DNA of 60,990 nt, counting the filler. It is 6 parts of 6 records of this genome, joined end to end, with 100 filler letters (N's around TTAATTAATTAA, not from the genome) between each part and the next. Parts side by side here need not be neighbours in the genome. Positions count along the whole stretch, not along the records: positions 1 to 11,690 come from SRR20825010_312; 5 more parts are not named here. One strand, written 5' to 3'. Below, in pieces: positions 1 through 9,197 of this stretch (position 1 is the stretch's first letter; each line of letters starts with the position of its first letter). The notes beneath the pieces are model-generated. The model was not told the DNA's origin. It saw nothing but the letters and a program-made list of their open reading frames with translations, and ran no database searches. A program made the translations under genes and the position numbers.

Positions 1-71
1 ACGTCGTCGAATATTGCGAGACGCGCTATCGGGGCGACGTTTACGACTTCGTGTTCGAGCTTCAACGATAA
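1..71 (+). CDS. GntR/HutC-family regulator, C-terminal UTRA end (5' truncated)
   Basis: Frame from position 3 reads VVEYCETRYRGDVYDFVFELQR*, resembling the typical UTRA C-terminus (E...YRGD.YDF..EL); lies directly upstream of an amino-sugar operon. Confidence 0.75.
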   Translation, partial: VVEYCETRYRGDVYDFVFELQR

Positions 72-72
72 T

Positions 73-101
73 ACCAGTTATAAACTGGTTGCATTCTGGT
101 T
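73..101. promoter_or_regulatory. Candidate GntR operator upstream of nanEK
   Basis: Perfect inverted repeat ACCAGTT-ATA-AACTGGT (73-89) plus CTGGTT repeated at 85-90 and 96-101 (11-bp period). Confidence 0.5.
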
Positions 102-117
102 TCTTCTGAGTTGCTAT

Positions 118-1680
118 ATGCAAAAATCAGCGAGGGTTCCGGTGCAGCCAGACATTCTGAAAAACAGCCTGATCGTTTCATGCCAGCCTGTCCCCGGCGG
201 ACCGATGGATGAGCCGGTGTTCGTGGCGGGTTTTGCCATGGCGGCTGTCGCGGCCGGCGCCACCGCCCTCAGGATCGAATCCGCCCGCTATGTCCGCGCC
301 GTCCGCCCGAAGGTCGATGTGCCGATCATCGGCATCGTCAAGCGCGACCTTGAAGACAGCCCTGTTCGCATCACCCCGTTTCTTTCCGACGTCGAGGATC
401 TCGCCGCAGCCGGGGCGGATATCATCGCGATCGACGCAACCAGCCGGCCGCGCCCCGTGGCCCTTGCCGATCTGGTGGTCGTCGCCCGCGCCCATGGCAA
501 GCTCACCATGGCGGACTGCTCCTCGCTCGAAGACGCGCGCCACGCGCTTGAATGCGGCATCGATTTCGTGGGCACCACGCTTTCCGGCTATGTCGGCGGT
601 CCCGAGCCCGAGGACCCGGATATCGGCCTGATCACGGAAATGGCCGCGCTGACCCCTTATGTCATCGCCGAGGGCCGGATCCGCACGCCGCAGCAGGCCG
701 CCGATGCCGCCCGCGCCGGTGCTTTTGCCGTGACCGTCGGCTCCGCCATCACCCGCACCGAGCACACCACCGCCTGGTTCCGGGACGCGCTGGCGGACGC
801 CTACAACGCGGCCGATGACCGGCCCGTGCTCGCGATCGATATCGGCGGCACGAAGTCGATGGCGGCGCTGATCTCCGGCAGCAAAGTGCTTGAACGAACC
901 AGGGTGCCGACAGCGGCCGACGGCACGCCTGACGGCTGGCTTTCCGCCATTCACGCCGCCACAAGCGGCTGGCATGGCCGCTATGGCGCGGTCGGCATTG
1001 CGGCCACCGGGCTCGTGGAGGATGGCGTTTGGCAAGCGCTGAACCGGGCCACGCTCGATATTCCGGACCGCTACCCTCTGAAGGAAAAGGCCGAGAGCCT
1101 GTTCGGCGCGCCTGTCTTCGCGGTCAACGATGCCCAGGCGGCGGCCTGGGGCGAATATCTGGCCACCGGCAAGGCGACGGGATCGATCGTGTTTCTGACG
1201 ATCTCGACGGGCATCGGCGGCGGCGTTGTCAGCAACGGCGCGCTGATGACCGGGCTTGCCGGACATTTCGGGCTGACACGCAGCGCATCCAGGGGCGCAG
1301 CCCCGCTTGAGGACCGGGTCTCCGGCAAGTTCATCGCGGCGGAAGCCGCTCGGTTGGGCCACGAAGAAGACACGCCGGCGGTATTCAAGGCCGCCGCCAG
1401 TGGCGAAGGATGGGCCGTCGATATTGTCGAAGGCTCCGCTGCCAGGGTCGCCACACTCTGCGCCGATATCAAGCTGATGTTCGACCCCGACACAATCGTG
1501 ATCGGGGGTGGCATCGGGCTGGCCGACGGCTTCCTCGACCGTGTCTCGAAACATCTCGCCGCCCTGCCGCCCCGGCTGAGGCCGGAACTGACAGCGGCGC
1601 GCTGCGGCGCCGAGGCCGGGCTGATCGGCGTCGCCGATCTGGCGCGCGCGGCGGTAGCCAAGGGCAAATGCACCACGTAA
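118..1680 (+). CDS. nanEK: Bifunctional N-acetylmannosamine-6-phosphate 2-epimerase / ROK-family (ManNAc) kinase
   Basis: N-terminal NanE motifs LIVSCQP, IIGIVK, RITPF, GTTLSGY, IAEGR, VGSAITR; C-terminal ROK motifs LAIDIGGTK, NDAQAAAWGE, TISTGIGGG; alternative GTG start at 142. Confidence 0.9.
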   Translation: MQKSARVPVQPDILKNSLIVSCQPVPGGPMDEPVFVAGFAMAAVAAGATALRIESARYVRAVRPKVDVPIIGIVKRDLEDSPVRITPFLSDVEDLAAAGADIIAIDATSRPRPVALADLVVVARAHGKLTMADCSSLEDARHALECGIDFVGTTLSGYVGGPEPEDPDIGLITEMAALTPYVIAEGRIRTPQQAADAARAGAFAVTVGSAITRTEHTTAWFRDALADAYNAADDRPVLAIDIGGTKSMAALISGSKVLERTRVPTAADGTPDGWLSAIHAATSGWHGRYGAVGIAATGLVEDGVWQALNRATLDIPDRYPLKEKAESLFGAPVFAVNDAQAAAWGEYLATGKATGSIVFLTISTGIGGGVVSNGALMTGLAGHFGLTRSASRGAAPLEDRVSGKFIAAEAARLGHEEDTPAVFKAAASGEGWAVDIVEGSAARVATLCADIKLMFDPDTIVIGGGIGLADGFLDRVSKHLAALPPRLRPELTAARCGAEAGLIGVADLARAAVAKGKCTT

Positions 1681-1716
1681 CGACTGAAGAAACCAAACAA
1701 GAGAAGGGAACTCGAC

Positions 1717-3039
1717 ATGATCAGGAAAACCACATTGGCGGCGATCGCCGCGCTTCTGGCCGGCACCGCGCTGCCAGGCCTTGCCAACGCCAAGGTGACC
1801 GTGCTCGGCTGGCCGGGCGGCTCCGAAGAGGCCGCCCTGCGGGCAGCGACCGAGGTCTACAACGAAACCGCCTCAGACGAGGACAAGGTCGAGCTGATCT
1901 TCTTCAGCCGCGACGGCTTTTACGACAAGCTTCAGGCCGATCTCGCGGCCGGCTCCGACGCCTTCGACATCAACCTGATCGCCACCTACTCGATCGGGCG
2001 TTACGCCCCCTATATGGAGCCGATCGATCTCGGGGACGCCGCCGAAAGCGTGTTCGGCAAGGCGGTTCTGGAAACCATGCAGTATGAGGGCAAGCAGTAC
2101 GGCGTGCCGACCGACCTCTCGCTCCATTTCATGTATTACCGCACGGACCTGATGGACGAACTGCTCGGCGATGACGACGCCAAGGCAGAATACTCGAAGA
2201 TCGCCGAGGAGTATCTCGGCAAGGCGATGGAGCCGAAGCCCGCCGACGAATGGAGGTGGGATGACTGGGCGGCGACCGCGCTCTACTTCACCAAATCCGT
2301 CAATGGTGACAGCCCGGTGCGCTATGGCACGGTTCTGCAGATGAAGAACCTGTTGTTCAACATGATGGTGTTCCAGTCGCTGCCGCGCTCCTATGGCGCC
2401 GACTGGCGCGATGCGGACGGCAACGTCACCATCGATTCCGAGGGCTACCGCAAGGGGCTCGAGCTCTACAAGACGCTCTACGATGCCGGCGCCACGCCGA
2501 AGGATTCGCTTTCCTATGAATATGCCGAGACCAATGCGGCCTTCGCCTCCGGCCAGGTGGCGACGGCCCTGCAATGGAATGCGGCGGCAGCCGAGCTGAC
2601 CGATCCCGAAAAGACCCCGGCCGTCGCCGATGTCACCGGCGTGGTCGCCCCGCCGGCAGGCCCCGAAGGCCGCGCCGACCATATCCACGGTCTCGGCCTC
2701 GGTCTGAACAAGAATGCCGCAAACAAGGAAGGCGCGCTGAAATTCCTGCAATGGCTCGCCACCGAAGATGCTGCCCTGCTTTACGCCGGAAACGGCGGCT
2801 CTCCGGCGCTGATGCCCGACGTGGTGGCAAAAATCGCCGAGGAACGGCCGGATCTGGTGGACCTCGGCAATTTCGCCAGCCAGTATGGCTATGTGATGGA
2901 TGGCGGAACCTCGGCCAACGCACTGTCGATCTACGAAGTGCAGGCGCGGGAATTCACCGGTTACTGGTCCGGCCAGCAGAGCCTCGACGAAGCGCTGGCA
3001 AACACCAAGGCGGAAATGGAAAAACTGCTGAACCAGTAG
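1717..3039 (+). CDS. Sugar ABC transporter substrate-binding protein (CUT1)
   Basis: Sec signal peptide, YGVP...MYYRTDL and AFASGQVA motifs; followed by two permeases. Confidence 0.9.
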   Translation: MIRKTTLAAIAALLAGTALPGLANAKVTVLGWPGGSEEAALRAATEVYNETASDEDKVELIFFSRDGFYDKLQADLAAGSDAFDINLIATYSIGRYAPYMEPIDLGDAAESVFGKAVLETMQYEGKQYGVPTDLSLHFMYYRTDLMDELLGDDDAKAEYSKIAEEYLGKAMEPKPADEWRWDDWAATALYFTKSVNGDSPVRYGTVLQMKNLLFNMMVFQSLPRSYGADWRDADGNVTIDSEGYRKGLELYKTLYDAGATPKDSLSYEYAETNAAFASGQVATALQWNAAAAELTDPEKTPAVADVTGVVAPPAGPEGRADHIHGLGLGLNKNAANKEGALKFLQWLATEDAALLYAGNGGSPALMPDVVAKIAEERPDLVDLGNFASQYGYVMDGGTSANALSIYEVQAREFTGYWSGQQSLDEALANTKAEMEKLLNQ

Positions 3040-3049
3040 CAGAGAAGCC

Positions 3050-3076
3050 CATGGCGGCGGTGATCACGCCGCCATG
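3050..3076 (+). other. Intercistronic stem-loop after the binding-protein gene
   Basis: CATGGCGGCG-GTGATCA-CGCCGCCATG, 10-bp perfect stem, no U tract. Confidence 0.55.
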
Positions 3077-3116
3077 ACGGCTCCCGGATGAACGATGAAC
3101 ATCGGCGGTTAACCTC

Positions 3117-3989
3117 ATGCAACTTGTGAAACCGGGCGAAGGACGGCTGTTTCTGTCCCCGCTTGTCATATTCCTGCTGCTCTTTCTGGGCTTTCCGGCG
3201 ATCGTCAATCTGGTCTATTCGGTCTCGTCGGTCTCCTTCGAGAACCTGCGCGCGCCGGAACTCAGCGGTTTCGGCAACTATCTGGAGGTGCTGAACGACC
3301 GGTACTTCTGGCAGGCGTCATGGTTCTCGCTGCGCTTCGGCATCATCACCGCACTCGCCGAATGCCTGATCGGCCTGTTTTTGGCGATCTTCCTCAGTCC
3401 GCTTCTCGGCAAGCGACCATATCTGATGGCGCCCCTGATGCTGCCGCTGATGGTCGCGCCCGCCATGGTCGGCCTGATGTACCGGTTGGTGCTGCATGAG
3501 TTCGCGGGGCCCGTCCCCTATTATCTGTGGATGTGGTTCGGCAACAGCCCCGCCTTTCTCGATGCAAACAATGCCTTCAAGACGCTCGTTGTCATCGAAA
3601 CGCTGCAGTGGACGCCGTTCGCGTTCCTGCTGTTCCACACGGCCTATTCCGCCATACCGACCGATGTGCGCGAGGCCGCCTCGCTCGACGGCGCCCGTGG
3701 ATGGATGATGCTGACCCGCATCGAATTGCCGCTGATCATGCCGACGCTGGCGATCGCGTTCTTCATTCGCTTCATTGACGGGTTCCGCGTTTTCGACAAC
3801 ATCTACGCGCTCACCGGAGCCGGAGCGGGCGGCTCGACGACATCGCTGTCGATCTACATCTATCAGGCATTTTTCAAGCAGGGCGCGATCGGCAAGGCCG
3901 TTGCCGCCTCCGTCATTCTGTTCATTGCCTCGCTCATCGTGCTGTATGCCCTGACGGCGCTCGGTGCGCGCAGAAAGGGCCGATCATGA
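3117..3989 (+). CDS. Carbohydrate ABC transporter permease
   Basis: Multiple hydrophobic segments, GFGNY and EAASLDGA (EAA loop) motifs. Confidence 0.92.
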   Translation: MQLVKPGEGRLFLSPLVIFLLLFLGFPAIVNLVYSVSSVSFENLRAPELSGFGNYLEVLNDRYFWQASWFSLRFGIITALAECLIGLFLAIFLSPLLGKRPYLMAPLMLPLMVAPAMVGLMYRLVLHEFAGPVPYYLWMWFGNSPAFLDANNAFKTLVVIETLQWTPFAFLLFHTAYSAIPTDVREAASLDGARGWMMLTRIELPLIMPTLAIAFFIRFIDGFRVFDNIYALTGAGAGGSTTSLSIYIYQAFFKQGAIGKAVAASVILFIASLIVLYALTALGARRKGRS

Positions 3990-4807
3990 TGAAGACACTG
4001 CGCTGGGTCGTGTTCGCCGTCGCCGCGATCGCCATGAATTTCCCGGTGATCGTGACGCTGATCACCTCGTTCAAAAGCGCGCGCGAGATCAGCTCCAATG
4101 CCGGGCTTTGGATCAACAGCCCGACCCTTTCCAATTACATCTCGGTGCTGACGGACACGACCCGGTTCAATATCTGGCTTTACCTGTTCAACAGCACGGT
4201 GGCCGCACTGATCGGCACGGTGCTGGCGATGCTCCTGACCTTTCCGGCGGCCTATGCCATCGCCCGGTCGGAGGTCGGCCGGAAAGTTCTGTTTCCCGTT
4301 GTCGTCAATTTGCGCGCCGTGCCGCTGATCATCTTCGCGATCCCGCTCTACATGATGTACCAGTGGCTGGGCCTGCTCGACACCCGGATCGGCCTCGGGC
4401 TGATCCTCACGATCGTCAATATTCCGCTGGCGCTGGTCATCCTCGTCAACGCCATTGCCGAAGTGCCGATCGAGCTCGATGAAGCCGCCAAGGTCGACGG
4501 CGCGTCGACGCCGCAGATCCTGCGGCGGGTGATATGGCCGGTGGTCCGGCCCGCCATGCTGACCACCTTCATCTTCGGCTTCATCACCGCCTGGAACGAG
4601 TTCCTGTTCGGACTGATGCTGACCACAAGCAAGGCCGTGCCGATGACGGTGGGCGCGTCGTTCTTCTTTGCCGCCAGCGGCGGCGGCGTCAACTGGGGCA
4701 CGGCGTCCGCCGTCATGGTCATCGGCGCGCTGCCGCCGGCCGTTATCGGACTTCTGATGTACAAGCAGATTTTCGGCTCGATGACCACCGGCGCCGTCAA
4801 GGGCTAG
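3986..4807 (+). CDS. Carbohydrate ABC transporter permease
   Basis: EAAKVDGA, AWNEF and terminal GAVKG motifs; ATGA overlap with the previous gene. Confidence 0.92.
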   Translation: MMKTLRWVVFAVAAIAMNFPVIVTLITSFKSAREISSNAGLWINSPTLSNYISVLTDTTRFNIWLYLFNSTVAALIGTVLAMLLTFPAAYAIARSEVGRKVLFPVVVNLRAVPLIIFAIPLYMMYQWLGLLDTRIGLGLILTIVNIPLALVILVNAIAEVPIELDEAAKVDGASTPQILRRVIWPVVRPAMLTTFIFGFITAWNEFLFGLMLTTSKAVPMTVGASFFFAASGGGVNWGTASAVMVIGALPPAVIGLLMYKQIFGSMTTGAVKG

Positions 4808-4879
4808 GCGCCGTTCATTCCCTGCCTGGAACAAGGCGGAACGAAAAGTGCAGGAAAGGGTTGCAGTCCATCCCGGTTT

Positions 4880-4895
4880 TGGTAAAAATTTACCA
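4880..4895. promoter_or_regulatory. Candidate LacI/EbgR-type operator upstream of the regulator gene
   Basis: Palindrome TGGTAAA-AA-TTTACCA about 40 bp upstream of the lacI-family start; related TTTACT half-sites at 6001-6030. Confidence 0.55.
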
Positions 4896-4935
4896 GGACT
4901 GCCAGACCGTTGTGGTTCCGGCTGCTTCGGGGGAG

Positions 4936-6003
4936 ATGATGGTCACAATCCGTGAAATTGCGAAGGCGGTCGGCGTTTCCGCCGGCACGGTTTCCCGCGT
5001 GCTGAACTACGACCCCACCCTGTCGGTGAGCGAAGCCAAGCGCAAGGCGATCATCGAGACCGCCGAGGCGCTGGATTACGCAACGCCCCGCAACCGCAAC
5101 CGCCGTAAGACCGCGCCGATCCGCCCGCCGCAACCGCGCGCGGACATGGCCCGCATTGCCACGGTGCACTTCCTTGAACGCGACGAAGAGCTGATCGACC
5201 CCTATTATATCGGGGTGAGGCTGGGCATAGAAAGGCGTTCGCAACACTACCAGAGTGAAATCGTGAAGGTGTTTCACGCCGACCTTTTCAACGAGGGCAG
5301 TCTGCTGCAGGGGGTTGCCGGCATCATCGCCGTCGGCAAGCACAGGCCGGAGGAGATCGCCTTTCTCGAGGAGTGTTGCGACCATCTGGTATTCGCCGAT
5401 TTCCAGCCCTCGGATGAGCAATACGACTGTGTTTACAGCGATCTTGCTCTGGCAACCATGAAAATTCTCGATGGCCTTGCCGCTGCCGGCTACCGACGCA
5501 TCGCCTTTATCGGCGCGGAGGACCGGATCAGCTTTGGCGATGTCCCTTACAGCGAAGCCCGCTGCCGGGCCTATGTGGACTGGCAGAAGGCCCGCGGCAC
5601 CTTCGATCCCACCTTGATCGCGCTCAACAATGACTGCAATGACGGGCAGAATTTGCGGCTCGAAGTCGGCTATGAGCATGCCCGCGACCTGCTCGAGCGC
5701 ACGGAACGCCCGGATGTGATCCTGACCGCGAATGACAATATCGCGATCGGAACCGGACGGGCTCTGGCCGAAGCGGGACTTTCCGTGCCGAACGACATCG
5801 CCATCGCTTCCTTCAACGATATACCGGTCGCCCAGTTCCTCAACCCCGCCCTTTCCACCATGAAAATACCAGGTGAAGCCATCGGAGAATGCGCCGTCGA
5901 CCTGCTTGTCGAGCGCATCAACGGGCGGGAATATACCAAGCGCGTGATCATCCCCAGCGAGATGATCTGGCGCGACAGCTGCCGCATGCCACCAGCCGGA
6001 TAA
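4936..6003 (+). CDS. LacI-family (EbgR/LacR-like) transcriptional regulator
   Basis: HTH TIREIAKAVGVSAGTVSRVLNYDPTLSV and C-terminal VPNDIAIASFND; start at 4936/4939 after GGGGAG rather than the ORF-track start 4534. Confidence 0.92.
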   Translation: MMVTIREIAKAVGVSAGTVSRVLNYDPTLSVSEAKRKAIIETAEALDYATPRNRNRRKTAPIRPPQPRADMARIATVHFLERDEELIDPYYIGVRLGIERRSQHYQSEIVKVFHADLFNEGSLLQGVAGIIAVGKHRPEEIAFLEECCDHLVFADFQPSDEQYDCVYSDLALATMKILDGLAAAGYRRIAFIGAEDRISFGDVPYSEARCRAYVDWQKARGTFDPTLIALNNDCNDGQNLRLEVGYEHARDLLERTERPDVILTANDNIAIGTGRALAEAGLSVPNDIAIASFNDIPVAQFLNPALSTMKIPGEAIGECAVDLLVERINGREYTKRVIIPSEMIWRDSCRMPPAG

Positions 6004-6120
6004 AAATGTTTACTTACTTTTTTACTAAATTTTTTATTGCGAAGTTTTCCAATTTGCAGTTAGCTTGTTGAAGGGCGGCAGGGAGAGCCGCCGGGCTATT
6101 GTCCAAACGGGAGGAAACCA

Positions 6121-7392
6121 ATGGATAAGCAGAAAGTGCTGGGCCGCATCACGGGTGTGGCGCTGTCGGGAGCATGTGTATTCAGTACGACCGCCGCCTT
6201 TGCGGGCGAAATTACCATCTGGTGCTGGGACCCCAATTTCAATGTCGCGATCATGAAGGAAGCGGGCGAGATCTATACAAAGTCTCACCCCGACACGACC
6301 TTCAACGTCGTCGATTTCGCCAAGGCCGATGTCGAGCAGAAGCTGCAGACGGCGCTGGCCTCCGGCGCGACCAATGCGCTGCCGGATATCGTGCTGATCG
6401 AGGATTACGGCGCGCAGAAATACCTCCAGTCCTTCCCGGGTTCATTTGCGGCCATGGACGGCGTCGTCGATTATTCCGCCTTCGCGCCCTACAAAGTGCA
6501 GTTGATGACGGTGGACGGGAAGGTCTACGGCATGCCCTTCGACACCGGCGTCACCGGCATGTATTACCGCCGCGACTATCTGGAAGAGGCCGGCTTCAAG
6601 CCCGACGACATGCAGGACATCACCTGGGACCGGTTCATCGAGATCGGCAGGCAAGTCGAGGCCAAGACCGGTCACAAGATGACCACGCTCGACCTCAATG
6701 ACGGCGGCATGACCCGGATCATGATGCAGTCGGCCGGAAGCTGGTATTTCGACGAGAACGGCGACCTCGACGTTCTCGACAACGCAGCCCTCAAGGCCGC
6801 GCTTGAAACCCAGGCGAAGATCGCCAGGGAGGGCCTGATCTACCCGGCCACCGGCTGGTCGGATTACGTCAACGCGTTCACCTCCGGCAATGTCGCCTCG
6901 GTCATCACCGGCGTCTGGATCACCGGCACGATCAAGGCGCAGGAGGCCCAGTCCGGCAAATGGGGCGTCGCGCCCATCCCGAAGCTTGACGGCGTCGACG
7001 GCGCGATCAACGCCTCCAACCTCGGCGGCTCGAGCTGGTATGTGCTCGACAGCTCCGACGTGAAGGACGAGGCGGTCGACTTCCTCAACGAAATCTATGC
7101 CAAGGACACCGGTTTCTACCAGAAGATCCTGGTCGAGCGCGGCGCCGTCGGCTCGCTGCTGGCAGCGCGCGAAGGCGAAGCCTATCAGGAGGCCGATCCG
7201 TTCTTCGGCGGCGAGAAGGTCTGGCAGAAGTTTTCCGATTGGCTGAACCAGATCCCGGCGGTCGACTACGGCATCTTCACCAATGAACTCGACGTCGCGG
7301 TCACCTCCAACCTCCAGTCGCTGGTCGATGGCAAGCCTGTCGATGAGGTGCTGAAGGCGATCAACGATCAGGCCAAATTCCAGATCCAGTAA
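6121..7392 (+). CDS. lacE: Lactose/beta-galactoside ABC transporter substrate-binding protein
   Basis: Signal peptide, ITIWCWDPNFN, LPDIVLIED, SNLGGSSW; GGAGG RBS; operon with a GH2 gene. Confidence 0.85.
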   Translation: MDKQKVLGRITGVALSGACVFSTTAAFAGEITIWCWDPNFNVAIMKEAGEIYTKSHPDTTFNVVDFAKADVEQKLQTALASGATNALPDIVLIEDYGAQKYLQSFPGSFAAMDGVVDYSAFAPYKVQLMTVDGKVYGMPFDTGVTGMYYRRDYLEEAGFKPDDMQDITWDRFIEIGRQVEAKTGHKMTTLDLNDGGMTRIMMQSAGSWYFDENGDLDVLDNAALKAALETQAKIAREGLIYPATGWSDYVNAFTSGNVASVITGVWITGTIKAQEAQSGKWGVAPIPKLDGVDGAINASNLGGSSWYVLDSSDVKDEAVDFLNEIYAKDTGFYQKILVERGAVGSLLAAREGEAYQEADPFFGGEKVWQKFSDWLNQIPAVDYGIFTNELDVAVTSNLQSLVDGKPVDEVLKAINDQAKFQIQ

Positions 7393-7402
7393 AGCAGCCT
7401 TG

Positions 7403-7430
7403 CCGGGGTGGGCCCGCCTGCCCCGGTTTT
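7403..7430 (+). terminator. GC-rich hairpin with short U tract after lacE (partial terminator or mRNA stabiliser)
   Basis: CCGGGGTGGGCCCGCCTGCCCCGG followed by TTTT. Confidence 0.45.
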
Positions 7431-7479
7431 CGCCATCATGATTGTTGGAGCGCCGGCCCGCCGGCAACTGGGACCGACC

Positions 7480-8376
7480 ATGGCAAATGCAAGACCCGGC
7501 AATCTGAAGCGGTTCTACGACGTCAACGGCTGGCTGTTCGTGGCCCCTGCCCTGATTCTCGTCGCCGCCTTCATGTTCTATCCGATCATTCGCTCGCTGG
7601 TGCTGTCGTTCTATTCCGGCCGCGGCATGATGATGAATTTCGCCGGTTTCTCGAATATCCAGCGGCTCTGGTACGACGCCGTGTTCTGGCAGGCGCTGAC
7701 CAACACGCTGACCTTCCTGATCATCCAGGTGCCGATCATGATCGTGCTGGCGCTGATCCTCGCCAACGCGCTCAACAATCCGCGGCTGAAATTCGCCGGC
7801 CTGTTCCGCACCGCGATCTTCCTGCCCTGCGTATCCTCGCTGGTGGCCTATTCGATCCTGTTCAAGAGCATGTTCGCCACCGATGGCATCATCAACAGCA
7901 CGCTGATAGCGATAGGGCTTGCCGACAGCCCGATCGAATGGTTCACCGATCCATTCTGGGCCAAGGTTCTGGTCATCCTCGCCATCACCTGGCGCTGGAC
8001 CGGCTACAACATGATCTTCTATCTGGCAGCGCTGCAAAACATCGACAGGTCGATCTACGAGGCCGCCCGCATCGACGGAGTGCCTGCTTACCGGCGCTTC
8101 CTGCACATCACCATTCCGATGCTGAAGCCGGTAATCCTGTTCACCACGATCACCTCCACCATCGGCACGCTGCAGCTGTTCGACGAGGTCTACAATCTGA
8201 CCGAGGGCAAGGGCGGGCCGGCGAACGCGACGCTGACGCTGTCGCTCTACATCTACAACCTGACCTTCCGCTTCATGCCCAATTTCGGCTACGCGGCCAC
8301 GGTCTCCTACGTCATCGTGCTGATTGTTGCCATTCTCTCATTCCTGCAATTCTATGCCGCGAGGGAACGCAATTGA
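7480..8376 (+). CDS. lacF: Lactose ABC transporter permease
   Basis: GWLFVAPAL, WRWTGYNM, YEAARIDG motifs; ATG at 7480 preferred. Confidence 0.88.
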   Translation: MANARPGNLKRFYDVNGWLFVAPALILVAAFMFYPIIRSLVLSFYSGRGMMMNFAGFSNIQRLWYDAVFWQALTNTLTFLIIQVPIMIVLALILANALNNPRLKFAGLFRTAIFLPCVSSLVAYSILFKSMFATDGIINSTLIAIGLADSPIEWFTDPFWAKVLVILAITWRWTGYNMIFYLAALQNIDRSIYEAARIDGVPAYRRFLHITIPMLKPVILFTTITSTIGTLQLFDEVYNLTEGKGGPANATLTLSLYIYNLTFRFMPNFGYAATVSYVIVLIVAILSFLQFYAARERN

Positions 8377-9188
8377 CCGCCCGACGCTTCGCCGCTGGCT
8401 CGCTGACATACCTCCTGCTGGGGCTCGCCGCCTTCATCTCGGTGTTCCCGTTCATCTGGATGGTGATCGGCGCGACCAACACCACGGCCGATATCGTCAT
8501 CGGCAAGGTCACCTTCGGCAACGCGCTGATGACCAATATCGAGGGTTTCCTCGCGCAGGTCGATGTCATGAGGATCATGTGGAACTCGATCAAGATTGCC
8601 GGTCTCGGCACCTTCCTGACGCTCGCGGTCACCTCGCTTGCCGGTTACGGTTTCGAGGTGTTCCGCTCGAAGCTGCGGGACCGGGTCTATGCCATCGTGC
8701 TGTTGACGTTGATGGTGCCGTTTGCGGCGATCATGATCCCGCTGTTCATGATGACGGCCAAGGCCGGGCTGATCGACACCCATATCGCCATCATCCTGCC
8801 GTTCATCGCCTGGGCCTTCGTGATCTTCTACTTCCGCCAGGCAACCAAGGCCTTCCCCTCGGAATTGCGCGACGCCGCCAAGGTCGACGGGTTGAAGGAA
8901 TGGCAGATATTCCTCCACATCTATTTCCCGGTGATGCGTTCGACCTATGCGGCGGCGTTCGTCATCGTGTTCATGCTGTACTGGAACAACTATCTGTGGC
9001 CGCTGATCGTGCTGCAATCCAACGAGACCAAGACGATCACGCTGGTGGTCTCCTCGCTCGCCTCCGCCTACTACCCCGATTACGGCACGGTGATGATCGG
9101 CACGATCCTTGCGACCCTTCCCACGCTCCTCATCTTCTTCGCCATGCAGCGCCAGTTCGTCCAGGGCATGCTCGGTTCCGTCAAATAG
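8373..9188 (+). CDS. lacG: Lactose ABC transporter permease
   Basis: FPFIWM, DAAKVDG, WNNYLWPL motifs; TTG start at 8373 overlapping the lacF stop (TTGA). Confidence 0.85.
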   Translation: MTARRFAAGSLTYLLLGLAAFISVFPFIWMVIGATNTTADIVIGKVTFGNALMTNIEGFLAQVDVMRIMWNSIKIAGLGTFLTLAVTSLAGYGFEVFRSKLRDRVYAIVLLTLMVPFAAIMIPLFMMTAKAGLIDTHIAIILPFIAWAFVIFYFRQATKAFPSELRDAAKVDGLKEWQIFLHIYFPVMRSTYAAAFVIVFMLYWNNYLWPLIVLQSNETKTITLVVSSLASAYYPDYGTVMIGTILATLPTLLIFFAMQRQFVQGMLGSVK

Positions 9189-9197
9189 GTCATACAC

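Noticed and set aside
4534..4935. Apparent N-terminal extension on the LacI regulator
   Set aside because: Overlaps the upstream permease; the HTH begins at 4936/4939 after a RBS-like sequence
7938..8372. Apparent N-terminal extension on lacG
   Set aside because: Out-of-frame overlap with lacF; a TTG start coupled to the lacF stop explains the gene
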